Assembly: GCA_028749205.1 (NCBI GenBank)
Contig: JAQULR010000002.1
Location: forward strand, 59,644-123,643
Direction of reading: 5' to 3'
DNA from: Acidobacteriota bacterium
GTDB lineage: Bacteria; Acidobacteriota; Aminicenantia; Aminicenantales; Saccharicenantaceae
DNA: 64,000 bases
Shown: one piece after another, positions 57,254 to 64,000 of the stretch
Layout: the number at the start of each line of letters is the position of its first letter
Position numbering within the stretch: position 1 is the stretch's first letter
The notes under the pieces: model-generated
Databases searched by the model: none
Seen by the model: only the letters and a program-made list of their open reading frames with translations
Told to the model about the DNA's origin: nothing
Program-made: the position numbers and the translations under genes

Positions 57254-57868
57254 ATGCCGACTGAAAAAAGACTGAACAAGATAGTTTCGGTTCTTTCCAG
57301 GCGCCAGCCCGACCTTCGAGTGGTTCTGGAAGATGTTACCATAGCTCATAATGCCAGTGCTGTGGCCAGGACCTGTGAAGCAGTCGGAGTCCTGAATTTA
57401 CACCTTATCTCAAGAGAGCCAGAAAAGGTTGTTTTTAACGAAGCTATTTCTACCAGAGCCGAAAAATGGCTAAATCTCATTTTCCATAACACGACCGAGG
57501 AATGCTTATCGTCCTTCAAGGAAAAGGGATATAGAATAGCGGTTACCTCTCTATCCGGAAAAACTATCCCCTATACTGAAATTGATTATTGCCAGCCAAT
57601 GGCCATTGTTTTCGGGAATGAATCTATGGGAGCTTCCAAACAGGCAGTTTCTCTGGCCGATTATGCCATTCAAATACCAATGGTCGGAATGGTGCAAAGC
57701 CTGAATCTTTCAGTTTCAGTTGGAATCATACTTTATGAGGCTTTCCGGCAGCGGCGGGAAAGAGGTTTTTATTCAACCTGCCGCCTCGAATCTGAGGAAT
57801 ATGACCGGTTTCTGAAAGATTGGCTCCGCAACCTTAAATCCCGCCAGCCTTTTAATCAGAAGAAATAA
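57254..57868 (+). CDS. trmH: tRNA (guanosine-18-2'-O)-methyltransferase, SpoU family; start likely ATG 57254
   Basis: RRQPDLRVVLE..HNASAVARTCEAVG, VFGNESMG, IPMVGMVQSLNLSV. Confidence 0.88.
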   Translation: MPTEKRLNKIVSVLSRRQPDLRVVLEDVTIAHNASAVARTCEAVGVLNLHLISREPEKVVFNEAISTRAEKWLNLIFHNTTEECLSSFKEKGYRIAVTSLSGKTIPYTEIDYCQPMAIVFGNESMGASKQAVSLADYAIQIPMVGMVQSLNLSVSVGIILYEAFRQRRERGFYSTCRLESEEYDRFLKDWLRNLKSRQPFNQKK

Positions 57869-57893
57869 AAAGGGCGAGGTTTTCACCCCGCCC
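57867..57893 (-). terminator. Rho-independent terminator between convergent trmH and HtrA-like gene
   Basis: Minus strand gggcggggt-gaaa-acctcgccc-ttttt. Confidence 0.75.
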
Positions 57894-57916
57894 GTATGAA
57901 GAATGGAGCAGGTCCT

Positions 57917-59593
57917 TCAGATTCTTCTCATTGAATCAAAGTAAAATAAGTTAAGGTTTCGGCCGGCTTTAGTCAGCTTTTCTGTTAACTCTTTAGTTTT
58001 TTCCCCAACCTCTGATTGAAGATTAGCCAAGGTTTCCTTATAGGCTTCCAGTTGTTGCTTATTTTTTTCCAACCATTCTTTCTGCCATTCCTTCATTTCT
58101 TGATAATAATTCCTGGCGACCTCCTTGGTTTCTTCTGTAAACTTTTCCACTCTAAGCCAGCCTCTTCTTTCTTCTTCTGCTACTTCTACTTCAACCTTCA
58201 GCTTCTTTTTATCTCTGATTATGTCCAGAGAGAGCCTTTCTCCTTTTTTCTTTTTCTGAATCAAGTCAGTTAGATCTTCTATAGTTTCTACCCGTTTTCC
58301 ATCAGCCGATACAATCACATCGCCCACCTTCAGTCCAGCTTTTTCGGCTGGACTCCCAGGATTAATTCTGGAAATCAACAGTCCCCGACCGTCAAGAACC
58401 CCAAAATACCTGGAAAGCTCTGGGTTGAGCTGCTCCAGATAAACTCCGATAAATCTGTACTGTTCAACTACATCTCCGAATTTAAATCTCTCAGCTTCAG
58501 TAAACCTGGGTAATTCTGGCATGGGGGGTAATGCCGGCATCCGGCGGAATAAATCTGGAAATCTCAATTCCAGCTCTCGTCGGGCTTCTTCTTCTGGGAC
58601 TGCCCCCAGCTTTATTTTAATGTTCTGAATCTGGCCTTGTCTTTCTATGGTCAGATTTATTGTGGTGCCTGGCTGGCGATTTCTAATTTCAGAAACTAAT
58701 TGATCAGAGGATCGGATGTCTTCACCGTCTATTTTAAGTATTATGTCGCCTATTTTTAAATTAACCAGTTCAGCCGGGCTTTTATCTTCAACAAAGGTAA
58801 TAACCACCCGGCCATCCCTGTCTTCGGCTATGGAGACACCCAGCCAACCACGTTCCACGCGACCTTTGGTCTTGATTTCCTGGAAGACATGCTTTACCAG
58901 TTCTACCGGCATTGCCATAGCCATGCCGGCGGCCGGAGCTTCAGCTTGACTCAAAACATAGCCGGCAGCAGTAGCTTCCCTGTCTCTGAAACGGAAAACT
59001 ATCGGCCTGTCTTCTAAATATACTCCACGCAACAGACCAACCAGCCGGCCCTTTTCATCAAGAATCGGTGCACCGCTCATCCCTGGCGTAACCCAGAGAT
59101 TCAGCCGCAAACGATCTTTAGCCACAGCACTCACTATTCCCTGAGTCACTGTTATCCCGGCATCAGAAGCCAAGCCAAGAGCACAAATCCAGGATCCAGG
59201 ACTCAAATCCTTAGCCGAGCCGCTACTAATAGCTGGAAGTTTTCCGCCCTTAAACTGAAGGATAGCTATCCTGGTTTCAGGATCAAAACCCAGAAAATCT
59301 GCTTGGTACTGATTACCACCACTATCTATCACCACAAGTTTCTCATCTCTGGGAGATATCAGAGCCGTAGTAGCTATATAACCTTCTTTATCTATAACTA
59401 CACCAGTAGCTACTCTTTTGAATCCGTTTCTAACTTCAACTCTGACCACCGACGGAGAGGCTTTCTTGACAACTTCAGTAGCATCACGATCAGCTGCTAA
59501 AATTGAACCCGGATTGGCCAGACCAAATAATAATGCACAGATTAATATCAGGTAAGTTAATCCTAACCTGAAAATCTTAATCTTGTCTTTCAT
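57917..59593 (-). CDS. HtrA/DegP-like protein (trypsin-like domain, 2 PDZ, C-terminal coiled coil); catalytic triad appears degenerate
   Basis: ASPSVVRV, ATGVVI, VTQGIVSA, PGMSGAP, RGWLGV, SPAE..LK.GD twice. Confidence 0.88.
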   Translation of the reverse strand: MKDKIKIFRLGLTYLILICALLFGLANPGSILAADRDATEVVKKASPSVVRVEVRNGFKRVATGVVIDKEGYIATTALISPRDEKLVVIDSGGNQYQADFLGFDPETRIAILQFKGGKLPAISSGSAKDLSPGSWICALGLASDAGITVTQGIVSAVAKDRLRLNLWVTPGMSGAPILDEKGRLVGLLRGVYLEDRPIVFRFRDREATAAGYVLSQAEAPAAGMAMAMPVELVKHVFQEIKTKGRVERGWLGVSIAEDRDGRVVITFVEDKSPAELVNLKIGDIILKIDGEDIRSSDQLVSEIRNRQPGTTINLTIERQGQIQNIKIKLGAVPEEEARRELELRFPDLFRRMPALPPMPELPRFTEAERFKFGDVVEQYRFIGVYLEQLNPELSRYFGVLDGRGLLISRINPGSPAEKAGLKVGDVIVSADGKRVETIEDLTDLIQKKKKGERLSLDIIRDKKKLKVEVEVAEEERRGWLRVEKFTEETKEVARNYYQEMKEWQKEWLEKNKQQLEAYKETLANLQSEVGEKTKELTEKLTKAGRNLNLFYFDSMRRI

Positions 59594-59604
59594 TGCTAAC
59601 CTCC

Positions 59605-59979
59605 TCAGTATCTAACCTGTTGGACCCAATTATCAGATACCTGCTCCAGGATAAAAACTGTCTGAATTTCATCATTTGACCGGCGCATTTCCTGTCTTAA
59701 GTCTAAGGGCTCAACCAGATGAATCGCCTGGTCTTGAGAAGCCTCTTGAGCCATTTCAATCAAGGAGGACTCTTCCAGAGAACTCGGCTTTCTGGCAGAA
59801 GGAGAAAAAATTATTAACCCGATAATAATCAAAGTTGTCGCTCCTGCTAAACTGAATTCTAATTTCCGCAGCTTTACTCTCTTTTCTCTATTCCTCTTTA
59901 ATCTGGTCAGAACCGACTGTTCAAAGTCTGGCGGGGCTACGACTTGATTGAGCTGGCTGAGATATTTTTGGTCATCCAT
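59605..59979 (-). CDS. Putative membrane anti-sigma factor
   Basis: Follows ECF sigma; APPDFEQSVL motif and a single TM helix. Confidence 0.65.
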   Translation of the reverse strand: MDDQKYLSQLNQVVAPPDFEQSVLTRLKRNREKRVKLRKLEFSLAGATTLIIIGLIIFSPSARKPSSLEESSLIEMAQEASQDQAIHLVEPLDLRQEMRRSNDEIQTVFILEQVSDNWVQQVRY

Positions 59980-59992
59980 CTAAGCTCTCCAC

Positions 59993-60601
59993 TTAATATA
60001 AGTCAAGTTTTTCCTCTTCCGTTTCATTTTCAGTTCCCTTACCTCGATTTTTTATCTGTTTTCCCTCCTCGAGCCTGAGTCTTAGATATTCTCTTCCTCG
60101 GCTAATTCTGGCCTTGACAGTTCCAACCGGCAATTTCAACAGCTCAGCTATCTCTTCCTGAGAAAAGCCTTCTACATCTTTCAGGATAACCGGAATCCGG
60201 TATCGGACATGAAGCTTACTTAGAGCTATCCTGATATTTCGCATCAGGCCCGGGTCGACACCGTCCTTAGAATAGCTGCCAGAGGCATATTCGTTGTTTA
60301 TTTCTTCCAAGGGAACTGTGGCTCTCCTTCTAATTTTTTTCTTCTCAGTCTTAGCTAAATTAGCAGCTATGGAATATATCCAGGCAGAAACCGGAGCAAT
60401 TGGCCGGTATTTTTTGGCCTTGAAATAAACCCGGCAAAAAGTCTCCTGAGCCAGGTCAATTGCTACTTGGTAATCGCCTGTTGCTTGATAAAGAAAATTG
60501 ACTATCCGGTCTTTATATAAGGTCATAAGCTGGCAGAAGGCGGCTTCATCCCCTCTTTGTACTTTCTCCATGAGTGCCTGCTCATCCATCTTCTTATCCA
60601 T
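59993..60601 (-). CDS. ECF sigma factor; start likely ATG 60601
   Basis: DLAQETF, WIYSIAAN, EGFSQEEIAELLKLPVGTVKARISRGR; AGGTGG RBS before 60601. Confidence 0.92.
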   Translation of the reverse strand: MDKKMDEQALMEKVQRGDEAAFCQLMTLYKDRIVNFLYQATGDYQVAIDLAQETFCRVYFKAKKYRPIAPVSAWIYSIAANLAKTEKKKIRRRATVPLEEINNEYASGSYSKDGVDPGLMRNIRIALSKLHVRYRIPVILKDVEGFSQEEIAELLKLPVGTVKARISRGREYLRLRLEEGKQIKNRGKGTENETEEEKLDLY

Positions 60602-60729
60602 TAACCACCTGCATTGAATAAAGTTGCATCTTGACAGTACTCCCTTAATAATATAGCTAACCTTATGGATGTCAAAGCCCGGAACCGGCAACCAGTTGGA
60701 GGCCCGTTGTCTATATCAAGAAGCTTAAG

Positions 60730-60757
60730 GGAACTTTTTTACTCAAAATTCCGTCTA
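60730..60757 (+). promoter_or_regulatory. ECF (RpoE-type) promoter, probably autoregulatory
   Basis: GGAACTT-N16-GTCTA, 14 nt before the GTG of the ECF gene. Confidence 0.7.
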
Positions 60758-60771
60758 TCAGGATAGATTGC

Positions 60772-61326
60772 GTGGAAATACAAGAAATCATAAAAAATTG
60801 CCTCCAGGGAGAAAATGGAGCCTGGAAAATGTTAGTTGACCTTTACTCGAAAAAGATATTTAACCTGGCCTACCAGTTCTCTAGTAGCCCTCAGGAGGCA
60901 GAAGACCTGACTCAGGAGATATTTTTGAAGCTTTACCAGGTCCTGGATAAATATGATTTTGAACGCGATTTTACTGCCTGGTTTCTAACACTGGCCAGAA
61001 ACTATCTGATCGATGAAATCCGAAGAACTAGAAAAGAGAGGTCAAATCGGGCTGATTTTGAAGAAGCAGTCTTGATTGCTGCTGAATCCGACAGTCCGGA
61101 AATTAAATATTTAGGTCAGGAAAAAGGCCAACTGATCAGGTTGGCTTTACAGCAACTTTCTCCTGAATTAAGAATAGTCCTGGTTTTAAGGGAACTTGAA
61201 GGTTTCAGCTATGAAGAAATTGCTTCCCAGTTAAAACTTCCCCTTGGAACAGTCAAAAGCCGAGTTAACAGGGGGAAAATTCAAATTGCTCAGGCTATCC
61301 TGGAAAAAGCCGGAGGCCAATTATGA
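60772..61326 (+). CDS. ECF sigma factor
   Basis: AEDLTQEIF, WFLTLARN, EGFSYEEIASQLKLPLGTVKSRVNRG. Confidence 0.93.
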   Translation: MEIQEIIKNCLQGENGAWKMLVDLYSKKIFNLAYQFSSSPQEAEDLTQEIFLKLYQVLDKYDFERDFTAWFLTLARNYLIDEIRRTRKERSNRADFEEAVLIAAESDSPEIKYLGQEKGQLIRLALQQLSPELRIVLVLRELEGFSYEEIASQLKLPLGTVKSRVNRGKIQIAQAILEKAGGQL

Positions 61327-61856
61327 AGTGCCAGGAAGCACGTTTTCTTTTTACCTCTTATCTTGAGGGCAGCCTGAAATCCAAGAAAAAAAATGAGCTC
61401 GAAGCCCATCTGGCTCATTGTTCTGAATGTTCCAAACTCTTGGGAATGGTTGATAATCTCTCTCAGGAATTAAGAAACCTGCCAGATCTGGAGCCATCAT
61501 CTACACTCATTAATCAACTCTACCTGATCCCACAGAAAGCCTCCGCCCGGCAAAAAATCTTTGAAAAAAAGAAGCTTTTTAGCTGGAAATTCTGGCTCAT
61601 CCCAGCCTTTCAACCTGTCTTAGCTTCGCTGACTGTGGTTTTAATCGGTTTATCGCTAATATTTTTCACCTCTCCCGGGAAAAGCTTCAGAAAAACTGTA
61701 AATCTCGAGCTCCACCGCACCTACAGCTTAGCTCAGAAAACTCTGGTTAAGGTTGGAATCCTCAAGGACAAAATTGATGGTTACCGTGAAAACTTTATAG
61801 CTTCTTTTGAGGCTAAAAATCTTTATAAATCCGAAAACCATAAAGCGGAGGATTAA
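61323..61856 (+). CDS. Zinc-binding (ZAS/zf-HC2) membrane anti-sigma factor
   Basis: MKC...HLAHCSEC (HxxxCxxC) and one TM; 4-nt overlap with sigma gene. Confidence 0.88.
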   Translation: MKCQEARFLFTSYLEGSLKSKKKNELEAHLAHCSECSKLLGMVDNLSQELRNLPDLEPSSTLINQLYLIPQKASARQKIFEKKKLFSWKFWLIPAFQPVLASLTVVLIGLSLIFFTSPGKSFRKTVNLELHRTYSLAQKTLVKVGILKDKIDGYRENFIASFEAKNLYKSENHKAED

Positions 61857-61857
61857 A

Positions 61858-62361
61858 TTGGAAGAAAAAATCAAAATTGAAAAAAAACCGGCCAAGTCAC
61901 CCGTTCTAGCAGGGATATTTTCTGCGATCTTCCCGGGAACCGGGGCTATTTATAATGGAAACTACCTTAAAGGTATTTTATTTATCATTATTTTTGCTGG
62001 CCTGGTATCTATTCAGGGCCGAGGTGGCCAACCGTTTGTCGCTATCCTTCTGGCAGGATTCTATTTTTTTCAGATCATAGATGCTGTAAATGAAGCCAAT
62101 AAAATTTCGGCTATCAGTCAAGCCGGAACTAACACCAAGACTTCAACCTCATTGGAAGTTGAGGCTGAAATATCTCAACCTGCTGGTTCAATCTCGTGGG
62201 GAATAATCCTCATTCTTTTGGGTGGCTTATTCCTGCTGGCTAATTTTGAGGTCATTAATTATGACGATTTAATCAGATACTGGCCTCTGATTCTTGTTGG
62301 TCTAGGCTTAAAGTTGCTGGCGGATTATTATTCTGGCAAAAAATTTAGCAAAAAATCTTGA
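61858..62361 (+). CDS. Membrane protein, TM2-like N-part plus LiaF/LiaI-like (DUF5668) TM domain; start likely TTG 61858
   Basis: KSPVLAGIFSAIFPGTGAIYNG; WGIILILLGGLFLL..YWPLILVGLG; GGAGG before 61858. Confidence 0.75.
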   Translation: MEEKIKIEKKPAKSPVLAGIFSAIFPGTGAIYNGNYLKGILFIIIFAGLVSIQGRGGQPFVAILLAGFYFFQIIDAVNEANKISAISQAGTNTKTSTSLEVEAEISQPAGSISWGIILILLGGLFLLANFEVINYDDLIRYWPLILVGLGLKLLADYYSGKKFSKKS

Positions 62362-62371
62362 GGAGGAAAGA

Positions 62372-62623
62372 ATGTCCAAAAAACATAGAGAGAATCTCAT
62401 CTGGGGTATTGTTCTAGTAGTTTTAGGTGGAATTTTCTTGCTGGAAAATATAGGAATTCCTGCCTGGCGATTTATTTGGAGACTCTGGCCTCTGATCCTG
62501 ATTTTTTGGGGAGCTTCCAAACTTTACTACGGACTTAAGGCTAATAAAAACCAGCCAGAAAAGAAAGAATCAAGCATAACTCAGGCAGAAGTGGTAGACG
62601 AGGATAGAAAAGATGAGGCCTAA
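62372..62623 (+). CDS. Small LiaF/LiaI-like (DUF5668) membrane protein
   Basis: WGIVLVVLGGIFLLEN..LWPLILIFWG; GAGGAGG RBS. Confidence 0.78.
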   Translation: MSKKHRENLIWGIVLVVLGGIFLLENIGIPAWRFIWRLWPLILIFWGASKLYYGLKANKNQPEKKESSITQAEVVDEDRKDEA

Positions 62624-63908
62624 GGAAATTGTTTTACTCCTTCTTATCATCCTAATAGGAGTCAGTTTTTATTATCTGGAAGACCTGAGAGTCAGAGTTG
62701 AGGACTGGGATATTGATTTCCCTTTTGAGGGAAGCTCCTTTATTTTTGAAGAACAGATAACCGAACAGCCGGTCCCAATCTTAGAAATTATCAACAGCCA
62801 TGGCAGTGTTCAAGTTGAAGGAACCGACAGCTCGGAAATAATAATTATCTTAGAAAAAAAAGTCTGGCAAAAAAATGAAGGCCAGGCCAGAGAAATTGCT
62901 GAGGAAATAAAGCTCCTAAAAACCAGAGAAGCTGACCGGCTGGTTATAACCACTAATCAGGAAAGCTTCAAAAAAAAGAGATTCACTACCAGTTTCAGGG
63001 TTAGACTACCAAAAGAAACTGCAATCCAGGTTAAAAATTCCTTTGGGCCAGTTCGTATATCTGGTGTCGAGAGAGTAAATCTCAACAACCCTCACGGGCA
63101 GGTTGATCTTCTGGAAATCTCAGGCCCGGCCAAGGTGGTTAACTCTTTTGAGAAGTTGTCGTTAATTGATATTGGTGGAGAATGCCAGGTAGAAACTAAA
63201 CATTCCTCAGCTATTCTTAGTCGGATCGATGGAGCCGTCAAGATAGATTGTTCTCATGAAGATTTAGAGCTTTTCGACCTGAAAAGCTCTTTAAGCTTGA
63301 ATTCTCAACATACCAGAATCAAAGCTGCCAGGATTGCTGGTCCGTCTGAGATTGTAAGTAGCTATGAACTAATCACTCTGAATCAGTCTGGACCAGCGGT
63401 TATAAAAAGCCACCATTGCCCTGTGGAAATTGTAGAATTAGAAGGTGACTTGGAGCTCAAAACCACTTATGAAAGAATAAGACTCGAAAAAATAAAAGGG
63501 AATCTGAAAATAGAGGGTAAGAGTTCTAGAATTGAATTAGACGGCTTGGAAGCTGAAAAGATTCAGATTGATAACTCTTATGAGCCAGTTAAACTCGAGA
63601 ACTTTAGGGGTCAACTCGATCTGCGTCAGAAGCATGCTGACATTATTTTAAGCCCGGTCAGCCTTGATTTCCCAATAACTGTCACCAATGAATACGGAGA
63701 TACCGATTTTTATTGGCCTAAAAATCAGATTGCCAATCTGGAAGCCGAGACTAAGGGCGGAGAAATACACTGGGAACTTCCTTTTTCTCCCGATCAAAAC
63801 TTCACTAATAGTAAGGCCATGGTTAAAGTTTTTACTGGAGCTGAAAACCGACCAAAAATCAGACTGATAACCACTTATGGTCATATCCGTTTTCTGAACA
63901 AAGAATAG
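62613..63908 (+). CDS. DUF4097/adhesin-like beta-strand repeat protein with N-terminal anchor
   Basis: Repeating N..G.V.I / I.G...I beta-solenoid pattern, ends IRLITTYGHI; typical of ECF envelope-stress operons. Confidence 0.78.
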   Translation: MRPKEIVLLLLIILIGVSFYYLEDLRVRVEDWDIDFPFEGSSFIFEEQITEQPVPILEIINSHGSVQVEGTDSSEIIIILEKKVWQKNEGQAREIAEEIKLLKTREADRLVITTNQESFKKKRFTTSFRVRLPKETAIQVKNSFGPVRISGVERVNLNNPHGQVDLLEISGPAKVVNSFEKLSLIDIGGECQVETKHSSAILSRIDGAVKIDCSHEDLELFDLKSSLSLNSQHTRIKAARIAGPSEIVSSYELITLNQSGPAVIKSHHCPVEIVELEGDLELKTTYERIRLEKIKGNLKIEGKSSRIELDGLEAEKIQIDNSYEPVKLENFRGQLDLRQKHADIILSPVSLDFPITVTNEYGDTDFYWPKNQIANLEAETKGGEIHWELPFSPDQNFTNSKAMVKVFTGAENRPKIRLITTYGHIRFLNKE

Positions 63909-64000
63909 TTAAGGTATCCGAGGGCCAAGGCTTCAGCTAACGAACTGGTAGCAAACAGAAACCTTCACCTTAACCCGGCGAGAATTCTTCCTTTACTCTG

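Noticed and set aside
942..63884. Many 60-160 aa antisense or nested ORFs in the ORF track
   Set aside because: They overlap well-supported genes on the opposite strand or frame and show no recognisable motifs.
1..64000. Recoding (Sec/Pyl readthrough, frameshift) or pseudogenes
   Set aside because: Recognisable genes appear full length with normal stops; no split domains were noticed.

Overview
Gene-dense bacterial chromosome segment from a diderm (OmpA, lgt/lspA, two Oar-like TonB-dependent receptors). The gene repertoire is compatible with an Acidobacteriota/Aminicenantes-like anaerobe, but that is inference only. Housekeeping content: partial OPT transporter, def-fmt, a TCA block (acnB divergent from icd-mdh, then sucCD), EF-G paralog, ileS-lspA-lgt-rluD, nadCB, tldD-pmbA, ROK-nagB-SSS-xylB, glnA, namZ, tRNA-Leu(CAA)/trmH, and two back-to-back ECF sigma/anti-sigma operons. 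No rRNA, CRISPR array, integrase or transposase was seen. The main unexplained signal is a dispersed ~73-bp intergenic element with about 15 full, partial or decayed copies in 64 kb. It has a 28-bp palindromic head (NCCTGGATTAT-N6-ATAATCCAGGN), a linker (CCTGCTTTATTCC) and a third half-site tail (GATAGATTATTCTCGGGGAAAAT) at fixed spacing. Most copies are oriented with local transcription, many sit 25-50 bp before start codons, and one copy has been captured into a CDS. Other leads: an HtrA-like protein with a broken catalytic triad in an ECF operon, a candidate anti-SD sRNA/leader, and several apparently leaderless genes. All calls are by eye; no database searches were run.
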